Virus record (IMG/VR): IMGVR_UViG_3300032233_002382
Coordinates: 192,001 to 256,000 of that record
Source of the DNA: a virus
Taxonomy: Duplodnaviria; Caudoviricetes
Strand: one strand, 5' to 3'
Length of the DNA: 64,000 nt
Part shown: piece after piece, positions 29,929-39,450 of the stretch
How the letters are laid out: each line of letters begins with the position of its first letter
How positions within the stretch are numbered: position 1 is the stretch's first letter
Notes under the pieces: generated by a model
The model's input: the letters and a program-made list of their open reading frames with translations, nothing else
What the model was told of the DNA's origin: nothing
The model's database searches: none
Translations under genes and position numbers: made by a program

Positions 29929-32900
29929 CTAGGTGCGGATGCGAATGCTAAGGGTCACGACGATGTACTCGAGTGGGAACACCGGAACGTAAATGGCTTC
30001 CACGCGAAGAATGGTCGGGTCCTTCTCATCGACGGTAGCCGCAATCCCAGCGACTTTGTTAACAATCTGAGCCGAAATTAGATTGTTAAAGAGTGCAGTT
30101 ACGGCCTTCTCGACCTGGCCAGGGATGGAGGGGAGGAACTTCTGGCCGATGAACGGGTCGAGAGTAGCGCGGATCTGCTGCTGCACGTACTGGATTGTCA
30201 GCGTCACAGACGGCGTACGGGTGATCACTGAATTCGTGTTAGTGGTTAGACCGTGGCGAACTCGTAGATTTCCGAGATCGAGCTGCTCGACTACCGTCAC
30301 GCCCGATACCGCGACCTGATTTGCAGTGGTCGGGTCTAGATTACGACCGACCTGCTTGAAGCCCGTAATGCTTCGGCGGGTCCAAGGGGTAGCGACATCC
30401 ACGGACGGGGCACAAGTCGAAGCGGCTAGAGCAGCCGCCATATAAACGCCGCTTACCAAACGGTCGGAGACGTTACCGAGATTATCGGAAACGGTCACGA
30501 CGTAGGAGTCCGGGTAGACAACAGACATTAAGCTGCTGTTGATACCCTTTGCAATTGCCTGAACTCCCGTTGGGGTAGTGCCAACCTCAACGCCGACGAG
30601 ACCGGTGCGCTCACCCTCTTGGCGCGGAGTGCTCATGAAGGTGACGTGGTTTGTCAGATAAGCGGCGACCGGTGGGGCTCCGGTGAGTGGAACAATGATG
30701 TCAGGCTTTATGTTTCCACTGATCGGCTTCTTAAGTTCGTCGATAGCAGCTATGTAAGCGGCGTTAGAAGCGACCGGAGAATTCGGAAGCTTTAACACCT
30801 GCTTCAGACCTACGACAACCGCGCCATTGAGAATGGCTAGACGAGCCGCTAAGCTCAGCGGGTTATCAGGGGTCGGATCGCCGAAGTTCGCCTGAATCTT
30901 CTTCAGGTCCGTGTAGAGAGCTGTCGATAGATCTGACTTAAGGTACTCGTAGCTGATGTAGTAGTAATCACCAACGTTCGGTACATTGCCGGTGCTCTTA
31001 TAAGTCTTGACCAGGCCGGTTGTACCGGCGGTGATGCCGACCGTGTTGCTCACGGTCAGCTCAACACCGTTCACCGCGAGAGTCGGAACAGCCGAATCAC
31101 AAAGGAACGTGCTGCTGCAGACTAACGTGAAGCTGCCGCCTGAAGTGTAATCCCCTGTCTGCGGAGCTAAGATCGTGAACCGGAGTCCAGTACGACCGTC
31201 GGTATACGTCTGGCCAACTTGACCAACACCAGAGGAACCAGCATTCAGGTCGGAACTCGACACTGCATAACCGGAGATAGCGTCCTCTCCTTCATCCGCA
31301 GTGTCATTACCAATGCCGATACCGGTATCATCGATGAACACCGTGTCACTAATGGCATCGCTGAAGCTCAGCGAGGAGACGATTCCCGCAGACTTCGAGT
31401 TGATCTTCAGGAACGTGCCCTGACCCGTTACAGTCTCTGGGTAAGCGACTGCTAAACCAGAGAAAGTGGCATCAGCATTCAAAGCCGCTGCGATCTTGCT
31501 GGCGTCGGGTTGAACCCGATTCGTGGTCTTGGCAGTAAGCCCTAAGACTGACAGAGCAGTACTTCCAGAGGCCGCATTCTTAACCGTAACAGCAGACTTC
31601 ACGGTGTTAGTCAGTGAGCTAATTACCACCTTAGCCAAAGTCGGATCAGCGACGTCAGCGTTAGCGCCTGCACCAACGGTAGCTGGCAGACCAGATGTAC
31701 TGGTTAGAGCCACTGAGGTGTTCGTCGTATCATTTCGACCATGGACGTGGAACGGAGTGATTTGCTCATCACGGTGAGCGTTGAAAGCTCCGTTAGTGCT
31801 GAGGTAAGCAAGCGCCTCAGTTAAAGCGATGGTGCTTTCGAACAGAGGACCATTAGATCCGGACGCGTCACTTACTGTGACCGGATTCGTCGTGTCTGAA
31901 ACCACGTGAACCGAAGCCTGGCTTAAGTGGCTATTGAATTTCGCCTTTATCTGGTTCGCTAACGCAGCTCCAGTCGATAAGCTGTCGGTAGTCACCGTGA
32001 GAGCAGCAAGGCTTATCGAGTTCGTCGAATCCGCCACGAAGTGGCTATTCGTGTTTACACGGTGAGCTTCGTATGCTGAACGGATATCATTCAGGAGGTA
32101 GAAGATAGCATCCTGGCTCTTGATGGTTCCGCCGCTTGTATAAGCGCCCACAAACGTTGATCCAACCAGGTCAAACGTGGTCAGACCAGTCGACGTAATC
32201 TGGAATGTCCCATTGGCGTTGGTCGTAAGACCACCAGTTCCAACTACGCCCGAGATATTCACCCAACGACCGGTGGCTAAACCATGGTTGGCGGTCGTCG
32301 TAACTGCGATTAGTCCAGAGCCATTGTTAGCCATTGAGCTAACAGCGAACGGAGTTAAAGTACCTACATCGAATGCCGTATTGCTTGTGGAAACGACATT
32401 GGTCGAATCATCGATACCGTGGGCACCTAACTGTAGCAAGTGCGAGTTGTACTTGGTCTGGATCAAGTGTGCTAACGACAGAGCGCTCGATAAATCAGTC
32501 GGAGTCGAAAAAGCAAAACCGTTAGCGGTGTCGCTCGTGTTGTGGACGCCGGACTGAGTAAGGTGTGCGTTGATCTTAGTGGCTAGTTCATTAAGCAGTG
32601 TTATCGACGTGCTTAGGTTAGTCGCGACAGGCGAACTTATCGTGTTGGTAGTATCAGCGTTCGCGTGTAAGGTCGCACTGGTGCGGTGATTTGAATTGTA
32701 GTTCGTACGCAGCTCGTTTGCTAGAACCACGAGCGATGCCTCTAAAGCGGCGACGCTGGAGGAAGCTGCGAAAGCGGCAGTCGCAGAGTATGAATCGTTA
32801 ATGGCGTCTACCACCTGCTGGGCAGTAACGCTCGATCCAAGAGGCAACGTGGTCTGCCAGTCCTGACCATCGACGTTCAGGGCAAGACCATTATTAAGAG

Positions 32901-35310
32901 CAGTAATCTTGAAGTTACCAGTGTTGCTCGACACAACCACAGCGTTTTGATTCAGGGCATCGGACGAACCGTAGCTTGAGGCTATAGTTAGACCTAAAGC
33001 GGTCGAAGCGTCAGAGTCACCGGGGTTTACTGGCATCACCAGAACCCGAGCAACTAGACCGCCGCCGATACCGGACGGCAAAGAGCCGGAGTTACGGCCC
33101 TTGATCTTTAGGATAGCCTCCGAACCATATAGGACTACTGAAGCCAGGTTATTAGGAGCGGTCGACGCGAAAGTGCCGGTTCCGTCGGTGTGAACCGTAA
33201 TATCGGCGTCAATAGCGGAGTTTATGGCAGAAGCGACGGAAGTTAGAGACGTGAGCGAAGCTAAGTTCACGTCAATTTCCACACCGTCAACATCTAACAT
33301 TAGATGGTCAGTGCTTAGCAGCGCCAAGCTCGCATCGATGGGCTGTCCTAGTAGTACAGCAGGGAATGAGACTCCAAGGTCCGTAGCAGTGCTTATTCCA
33401 TCGATCACGGCAGTTCCGAAAATTCTAGAGGCCGTGTAGATGTTATATGGGCCAGCAAGAGCAGAAGTAATAGAAGCGTGGGTAGCAGGCTCAAGCGCGT
33501 TATTGAAAGTGATAGTAACGGTCTCAGCAACCGGATTGCCGTCACCAGAATAGAGAGCGTCAGGGTTTGTCTCAACGCCAGACGGCCAATTGATCGTCTG
33601 CGATAACCCCGTGACTACACCGAACCGCACGTTATAAAGCGGGAGAGCCGTGTTGCGGCTCGAGACCATCGAGTACTGACCGATTCCGGAGGGTCCTGGA
33701 GTGATAACAGACAGCGTGTAGGTGACGTTATCCTGGATCCGGTTATAGTAATAGGTCGCGTAAACTTTGTAATCAGCCGGAACAGGATTCCGGAGTGTAA
33801 TCGTGCGGTCGATTACCTCGAGAACTTCAACTGCTCCCTTGGCAAACGCATCACGCCACGTCTTGCCAACGTACGCCACAACGAGATTCGGATTGGTGGT
33901 ACGAAGATCCTGGCGACCATTCGTGACCTGGTTAAAATAGGAGACAGACAGAGGAGTGTCACGACCATTGCCAGTGGTCGGCACATTGGCCAAGCGCCAC
34001 TTGCTCAGGTCGTTCGTCGAAACCAGGCTAAGCTCTTCGCCGAATATACGGTTATCGACGAGCATGCCAGACATCTGTACACTGTCGAAGGCTACATTGC
34101 CGATAGTGCTGCCGGTGGTGATGTTATAGGCAGCACCCCAGTAGATCTTCGACTGATCAGCGTCGTTCAATACAACGTAGTCAGCGCCCTGCTTATAAGA
34201 GGCGTCCCCAGGGCCGATGCCAACGTTGAGAACATTTGTGATATTACTGTTCGGCAGATAATCGAACGTGTCCTGCCACGGGTTGTACCAGTACTCAACG
34301 CTCACGGTGGAACCAGCTACCGGGGCGAATGGTAGAACAACAGAGCGGGTGGCACCGTCGACAGACACCGGAGTCACCGGCACGTTATCGACGAGCACAC
34401 GAACATCAGCCACGCTCGTGGTCGTACGGCCCTCATCTGAACCATCGACAATTGGTCCATTGAACACGACGAAGGTCTTATTTCGGGTGGTCGTCTGAAG
34501 AGCATTGAATCCAAAAGCGCCGTTCGCGCTACCATTACCGATCTTAAGCTGACCGGTAGTGGTAAGCCCTAAGTGAGAAAGACCTTCGGCGTCAGTGCTA
34601 GCATAAGCAGTTAGACCGGTTATGCCCTTCGAATTGATTTCGGATACGAGCTGGCTAACAGTGCGAGCGCTACCGGCTGTTAGAACGACCGATGTAACGG
34701 TCGCACTATCGTTGATGAAGAGCTCGAGTGTGTTGGTGGAAGAACCGATGCTGTAAGTAGTCGCAACAGGAGCCACGATGACGGCGGAGCCAGGCGAAAC
34801 CTGTTCAGAAACGTCGTCCGTCACTCGAGTGTCTTTGCGACGGAAGTAGTAGTTCACCGTCACGAAATCCGACTCAGAAGGAGGGACGATGAGCGAAATG
34901 ATGCCGTGGGCACCGTCGACCGCACCAACCGCAACCGGCTCACCGTTGACCGACACAGACACAAACTGAGTGTCGTTGGTCGGGCTGGCATTTAATCCAT
35001 TGCTCGAGACAATGGGATAATTCCTGACGCGAAAACTAAACTTATTCCCATCGGTCGGACCTAGAGTCGGGTTCGCGAAGGTACCAGACACCACCCAATG
35101 GGATGATACGTCTTCTCCGAAAATAGGCGTATTGGCTTGGCTACTCGAACCACGAATCATCTCGATATTAGACTGGAGAATACTTTCCTTACCAGTCCCG
35201 ATGAAAACGGGGATTCTAAGTCCGGCTATCAGATTTCCGACGACTGGCTCGATTAGAGTAGTCGTATAAACACCGGGAGGAGCATAAGTGGAAAAAGGTC
35301 CGATAGCCAT
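29929..35310 (-). CDS. contractile tail sheath protein (1793 aa)
   Basis: YAPPGVYT N-terminus; C-terminal VRHGLTT...I...L..FIGQK...V...E.DPT...VEA.YVPVFPLEYIVVT sheath signature; AGGAG SD. Confidence 0.92.
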   Translation of the reverse strand: MAIGPFSTYAPPGVYTTTLIEPVVGNLIAGLRIPVFIGTGKESILQSNIEMIRGSSSQANTPIFGEDVSSHWVVSGTFANPTLGPTDGNKFSFRVRNYPIVSSNGLNASPTNDTQFVSVSVNGEPVAVGAVDGAHGIISLIVPPSESDFVTVNYYFRRKDTRVTDDVSEQVSPGSAVIVAPVATTYSIGSSTNTLELFINDSATVTSVVLTAGSARTVSQLVSEINSKGITGLTAYASTDAEGLSHLGLTTTGQLKIGNGSANGAFGFNALQTTTRNKTFVVFNGPIVDGSDEGRTTTSVADVRVLVDNVPVTPVSVDGATRSVVLPFAPVAGSTVSVEYWYNPWQDTFDYLPNSNITNVLNVGIGPGDASYKQGADYVVLNDADQSKIYWGAAYNITTGSTIGNVAFDSVQMSGMLVDNRIFGEELSLVSTNDLSKWRLANVPTTGNGRDTPLSVSYFNQVTNGRQDLRTTNPNLVVAYVGKTWRDAFAKGAVEVLEVIDRTITLRNPVPADYKVYATYYYNRIQDNVTYTLSVITPGPSGIGQYSMVSSRNTALPLYNVRFGVVTGLSQTINWPSGVETNPDALYSGDGNPVAETVTITFNNALEPATHASITSALAGPYNIYTASRIFGTAVIDGISTATDLGVSFPAVLLGQPIDASLALLSTDHLMLDVDGVEIDVNLASLTSLTSVASAINSAIDADITVHTDGTGTFASTAPNNLASVVLYGSEAILKIKGRNSGSLPSGIGGGLVARVLVMPVNPGDSDASTALGLTIASSYGSSDALNQNAVVVSSNTGNFKITALNNGLALNVDGQDWQTTLPLGSSVTAQQVVDAINDSYSATAAFAASSSVAALEASLVVLANELRTNYNSNHRTSATLHANADTTNTISSPVATNLSTSITLLNELATKINAHLTQSGVHNTSDTANGFAFSTPTDLSSALSLAHLIQTKYNSHLLQLGAHGIDDSTNVVSTSNTAFDVGTLTPFAVSSMANNGSGLIAVTTTANHGLATGRWVNISGVVGTGGLTTNANGTFQITSTGLTTFDLVGSTFVGAYTSGGTIKSQDAIFYLLNDIRSAYEAHRVNTNSHFVADSTNSISLAALTVTTDSLSTGAALANQIKAKFNSHLSQASVHVVSDTTNPVTVSDASGSNGPLFESTIALTEALAYLSTNGAFNAHRDEQITPFHVHGRNDTTNTSVALTSTSGLPATVGAGANADVADPTLAKVVISSLTNTVKSAVTVKNAASGSTALSVLGLTAKTTNRVQPDASKIAAALNADATFSGLAVAYPETVTGQGTFLKINSKSAGIVSSLSFSDAISDTVFIDDTGIGIGNDTADEGEDAISGYAVSSSDLNAGSSGVGQVGQTYTDGRTGLRFTILAPQTGDYTSGGSFTLVCSSTFLCDSAVPTLAVNGVELTVSNTVGITAGTTGLVKTYKSTGNVPNVGDYYYISYEYLKSDLSTALYTDLKKIQANFGDPTPDNPLSLAARLAILNGAVVVGLKQVLKLPNSPVASNAAYIAAIDELKKPISGNIKPDIIVPLTGAPPVAAYLTNHVTFMSTPRQEGERTGLVGVEVGTTPTGVQAIAKGINSSLMSVVYPDSYVVTVSDNLGNVSDRLVSGVYMAAALAASTCAPSVDVATPWTRRSITGFKQVGRNLDPTTANQVAVSGVTVVEQLDLGNLRVRHGLTTNTNSVITRTPSVTLTIQYVQQQIRATLDPFIGQKFLPSIPGQVEKAVTALFNNLISAQIVNKVAGIAATVDEKDPTILRVEAIYVPVFPLEYIVVTLSIRIRT

Positions 35311-35329
35311 TATTTTCTCCTGATTCGAA

Positions 35330-35388
35330 GTATCTAACGAATCTAGGTCTTGTCTGGTCTAAATATACTTAAGTCTATGTCTGATCTA
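35330..35388 (-). repeat. eight AGA(C/T) units at about 5-nt period in the sheath 5' leader
   Basis: minus strand TAGAT CAGAC ATAGAC ttaagtatatt TAGAC CAGAC AAGAC CTAGAT tcgt TAGAT. Confidence 0.65.
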
Positions 35389-35489
35389 CAGCTCTCATCA
35401 AACATAGGGAGGCTATTGAAAGCCGACCAACCCAAGTATAAGGAGATCCGACCTAGTGTCACATTAAAGCGGAAAAATAAAATTTCAAA

Positions 35490-35927
35490 TCATTCGTCAG
35501 ATTTTATAGATTTCTTAAAGGTCCCAATCCCATCTTCTCGAGTCTTTAACACAGATTTATCTACAGCAGAATAAGAACCGTCTGAATTGCTTGCAATCGC
35601 ATTGGTATTCAGTGACTTTCGAGCTTCATTTATACTCTTCTGCCGTTCCTTAATCATACCCCATTTTTTCTCGGAGCTTCTTGCAACCGCTTTATCTAGA
35701 GTCGGGTAATCAAGATCATGTACACCCGAGTTGCCATGTACTCCACTAGTCCCTCTTACATCACCTTTAAAGGAAAAACCAAATACCGAACCATGAAGCC
35801 GGGGCGCCAATAGCTTGCACTGAGGACATGGATGTGACTCAGAATATTGCTTTATCTCATCACGACTCATAAGTAGTTCTTCGAAATCAGCTTCGCACGT
35901 GGCACATCGATATTCATAGATTGGCAT
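35490..35927 (-). CDS. FmdB-family zinc-ribbon protein; ATG start 35927
   Basis: MPIYEYRCATC...FE...CPQC signature. Confidence 0.8.
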   Translation of the reverse strand: MPIYEYRCATCEADFEELLMSRDEIKQYSESHPCPQCKLLAPRLHGSVFGFSFKGDVRGTSGVHGNSGVHDLDYPTLDKAVARSSEKKWGMIKERQKSINEARKSLNTNAIASNSDGSYSAVDKSVLKTREDGIGTFKKSIKSDE

Positions 35928-35942
35928 AAGTAACAATACGAA

Positions 35943-37139
35943 TCAAATGATCCGTTCATAACCAATCGGCTTGCCGATATTGTAAGAGAACCTACCTATC
36001 GGATCCATTTGGACTAAATCGACCACTGCCGACCCGTCCAGGTTACCTTTAGACAGTTCCTCTGAGGCGGATACCATTTCCGCCCTTGAAACGACAACTG
36101 GAAGCGGCACATATATGAACCAGTCTACGCGAAATCCTAGAGAGATATTACTATCGTAGTAATATTCGTCGGTTTCAGGGTTATATACATCTTCATTCTC
36201 TCCACCAGGAGAGAGGTTAATGAGTTCAAGCCCTTCAAAACCCAGGGTATTCTGACGTTCAAGTATCTTCATCACTACGTAATCAGAAAGCTTTTCACGG
36301 TCCTCAGAATCCTTAGAGAAGGCTATTAGATCGAAGTTTACCTCGAATCGTCCACCGTAGACATTCGCAACCTCAGTTCTTTCATCCGTCACAACGACCG
36401 CGAATTTATCATATAACTGGGAGCGATCTCCAAATGCTATTACGATGCCAGGAAGAATCGAGACGTTAAACTCTTCTTGCTTAAAATCAAAAGGCCCGAG
36501 TTCAGGCATTTTATATCGATAGTCAGCGGTAATATACGCACCTTCAGGCTGGTCCTTAAGGAATGTTATCAGGCCTGTCGATTCGTCTACTAGAAAATCA
36601 ACGTCGCGAATTAAAGCCTTTCGGTCATTTAACCAAAGTCTAATGCTATTTGGGTATATGTTATCGTGAGTAAGCTGAGCTTCACCGAAAGCCGAATAGT
36701 CGAACACGATCAAAGGTTCACCCGACACTGTTAAGTCCGGATAGACCACTACTTGACCGGGAATGTTCTTAGCTACATCCGGAATCGCAATCACTTCAAA
36801 CGTATAAACACCCGGAGCCGTGGGAAAAGAGCCACCGGGGGAAATAGAGCCCAAAATGTTATTGTTTTCTCTAATCCATTCAACCGTGGTGTTCGGAGAA
36901 TCAGAGACAGGCACTTGCATGCAAAAGGACTTCAAACGTCCCATAAAATTGTCGGCGGATAGGACAACCCTATCCGCCGACGTTCCATCAACTATTATAC
37001 CGCGAGAAGGACGTTCTTCAAATGAGTACTTATTTTGTACGTTTTGACTGTCTTCGCGATAGCGGGGGTGTTGATATAGTATCTCCCGTAATTCCTTGAT
37101 TATCCTACGCTTAGTAGCATTTGATAACCAAGAAATCAT
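35943..37139 (-). CDS. putative tail terminator/tail completion protein with inserted Ig-like domain
   Basis: position upstream of sheath; KYSFEERP.RGIIV and V.F.L..F.KD..DREKL.D motifs. Confidence 0.55.
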   Translation of the reverse strand: MISWLSNATKRRIIKELREILYQHPRYREDSQNVQNKYSFEERPSRGIIVDGTSADRVVLSADNFMGRLKSFCMQVPVSDSPNTTVEWIRENNNILGSISPGGSFPTAPGVYTFEVIAIPDVAKNIPGQVVVYPDLTVSGEPLIVFDYSAFGEAQLTHDNIYPNSIRLWLNDRKALIRDVDFLVDESTGLITFLKDQPEGAYITADYRYKMPELGPFDFKQEEFNVSILPGIVIAFGDRSQLYDKFAVVVTDERTEVANVYGGRFEVNFDLIAFSKDSEDREKLSDYVVMKILERQNTLGFEGLELINLSPGGENEDVYNPETDEYYYDSNISLGFRVDWFIYVPLPVVVSRAEMVSASEELSKGNLDGSAVVDLVQMDPIGRFSYNIGKPIGYERII

Positions 37140-37152
37140 GGTCTACACCCCG

Positions 37153-38154
37153 TTATTCCTCCATTTGAGCATACACAAGAAGCCCAGTACCAACGGCGGT
37201 CATCGGATCGGTGGCATGCCGAACTTCCGAAATCGGAATCGGAAATTTCGCCCGATGCTTCTCGAAACGCTCCGCGAATTTGGCCACAAATCCCTTAGCC
37301 AGACTTGTTCCGCCAGAGATAACGATAGGGATGGGTTTCGGGATCGTTATTTCATTCTTGCTCTTTAGGAACTGCGATATTATGCTCGAAATCGCATAAT
37401 CAATCAAACTTTCGATATAAACCGTTAGAGCCTCGGTCTCTCGGTTATTAGGCGACGCGATATCGACACCTGATTCTTTTAGAGCACAGATTTTAGCCGC
37501 TGTAGTCCCAATAGCTTTAGCGGCTCCCGAGTCGATCCAGTCACCACCACGACCAACGCTGAATTCAAGCGCCGACATCGCATTGTATGAAAGGCAAACG
37601 TTCGTCATACCGGAACCGAAGCTAATACCAAGACCGCTGAAATTCGAGCTGGCGCACTCCGAATAAATTACGGCAAGAGCCTCATTCACAGGCTCCGCAT
37701 TGTATCCGAGTTCACCGAGAATCTTACCCAGCACCTTGCTATGATAAGTTATGTCGGAGCCTGTAACGTCGATAGCGGATGCAGGAACTGAGTAGCAACA
37801 ACGCTCGTTAGGCTTCTTAGGATCGCCTAAAATCGTCTTCATCATAAGACCAATAACTTGTTGGGCATCGATCTCACCCGAAGCGACAATACCTCCAGCC
37901 ATGGGACGACGGGCTTCGCGATTAAATAAATTGGCAGTATCTAAAGCCGCGTCACCTACGACTAACAGTTTCCCGTCCATTTCGACATAATTCGTATTAC
38001 TGATTTTAAGCATCCGCTTGTTTTCGGGCGGAAGATCAATGAATGCATTCCGGATGCGTGCGGTAGTGACGTTTGATCCGGACTTTCTGGCGCTAACGAA
38101 ATTCATCGTGCCAACGTCCAGACCGACTCCAAAAGACTCTGCAGGGTTTGACAT
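37153..38154 (-). CDS. actin-fold ATPase, volactin-like
   Basis: Phosphate1 GLDVGTMN, Connect1 EPVNEALAVIY, Phosphate2 GISFGSGMTNV, GRGGDWID, Adenosine ISGGTS, Connect2 DPMTAVGTG; AGGAGG SD. Confidence 0.9.
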   Translation of the reverse strand: MSNPAESFGVGLDVGTMNFVSARKSGSNVTTARIRNAFIDLPPENKRMLKISNTNYVEMDGKLLVVGDAALDTANLFNREARRPMAGGIVASGEIDAQQVIGLMMKTILGDPKKPNERCCYSVPASAIDVTGSDITYHSKVLGKILGELGYNAEPVNEALAVIYSECASSNFSGLGISFGSGMTNVCLSYNAMSALEFSVGRGGDWIDSGAAKAIGTTAAKICALKESGVDIASPNNRETEALTVYIESLIDYAISSIISQFLKSKNEITIPKPIPIVISGGTSLAKGFVAKFAERFEKHRAKFPIPISEVRHATDPMTAVGTGLLVYAQMEE

Positions 38155-38188
38155 ATCGCCTCCTAAACGAATAATACCGAACGAAGGT

Positions 38189-38749
38189 CTATTTTCGCTT
38201 ACGAAGCGATTTTAAAACATCAGTAGCTGAATCGATGTCGCTTCTGACGCTACTATCAGTTTGAATGTTTATCTTGGTTTCTATACCTTTTGGAACAATG
38301 TTTGATGGTATGAAAACAGGATCTGCGACGGTCGACTGATAGGATCCGACATTGGCCGCACTTAAGTGGGCGGGCAAATTAGAAGGCGTCGGAGATGTTG
38401 GAATATTCGATAAAGCGTCAGCGAGTTTCGAAATATTACTGTTAAGGGCATCTAGCTTATTATCGATAGATTTTAACAAAGTTACCTGAGGTTCTTCTTC
38501 GACTACCGGCTCTTCCTCAGGCGGTTTTTGATACTCAACGACCTTAGAATTGGCTGTTTTGGTAAATGACTTATCGCTATTAAACAACCTCAATGATATC
38601 ATGTGTCGCACCTGCTTCGCTTGGAGCGAACTGTCATATAAATGTCTAGGTATTACCGCACTATCCCCATATTTCTCAAGCCTCACACCAATATCAGAAA
38701 GATAAATGAGCTCTTGTGATTTATTTGTAATTAAATAACTAGTCATCAT
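38189..38749 (-). CDS. putative actin partner/adaptor (186 aa)
   Basis: N-terminal ITN.S...IYL.DI motif, Pro/Glu linkers, coiled coil, basic amphipathic C-terminus; directly upstream of actin. Confidence 0.55.
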   Translation of the reverse strand: MMTSYLITNKSQELIYLSDIGVRLEKYGDSAVIPRHLYDSSLQAKQVRHMISLRLFNSDKSFTKTANSKVVEYQKPPEEEPVVEEEPQVTLLKSIDNKLDALNSNISKLADALSNIPTSPTPSNLPAHLSAANVGSYQSTVADPVFIPSNIVPKGIETKINIQTDSSVRSDIDSATDVLKSLRKRK

Positions 38750-39450
38750 TTCTCCAGAATCCCCATTATGGCCGGAGTGAATTCTTCGGCAATAAGCTGA
38801 TTTATTTGGTCGATAAATTTTGACATTATACCTTGAAAATCCCCCTTAGGATGCTTTTGAACGAATTTTGTGTTCCTTACAGTTCTTTGGACCGAAACAC
38901 GTAATTTCTTATCCACTACTTCCATTCCTCGAGGAGCAGTCGCTTCGAGTTCATGCTCTACGTACCTCTGACCGGAGTTCTTAACATTCGAATTACGTGT
39001 GCGGTCTGATGAAATTTTCCGGGCATCTCTCGGCATTTTTAACTTATCTTGTAAGGGCTTTCTAGCGTCATACCGACCGTTGATTCTTTCAGGCCGATTA
39101 TTTCGACCTATGAAGTATGACTTCACATATCCTTTCGCTTGCGATTTCGATTGTACTAAAGACGCTTTCTTCTTATCTTTAGCTGAGGTTTCGGGTCGGT
39201 TGTACCCCCTTGGAGCTTCGTCCGTGGTTGAATCATCACTAAGGCCTTCGGCATCGATGTTTATCTCGAACATTACTGCGTCATCTGCAAGATGGGCATA
39301 AACTTGGTAATCTTTTAAGTATTCAGAGTCGGAGAAGCCAGACTCATCCAATATCTTCTTTAAAGCTAAGAGACCCTTGACCGCAATCGGCTCATAAATT
39401 GACAGCATAATATCATCAAACGATGTCGGAAGAATGAGTTCAGGCTTCAT
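38746..39450 (-). CDS. neck-region protein (234 aa), basic central region
   Basis: coupled ORF in neck module. Confidence 0.5.
   Translation of the reverse strand: MKPELILPTSFDDIMLSIYEPIAVKGLLALKKILDESGFSDSEYLKDYQVYAHLADDAVMFEINIDAEGLSDDSTTDEAPRGYNRPETSAKDKKKASLVQSKSQAKGYVKSYFIGRNNRPERINGRYDARKPLQDKLKMPRDARKISSDRTRNSNVKNSGQRYVEHELEATAPRGMEVVDKKLRVSVQRTVRNTKFVQKHPKGDFQGIMSKFIDQINQLIAEEFTPAIMGILEK

Noticed and set aside
35350-35574. 74-aa plus-strand ORF in the sheath leader
   Set aside because: Overlaps the zinc-ribbon gene end in antisense, lacks SD and any motif; the region is better explained as a regulatory leader.
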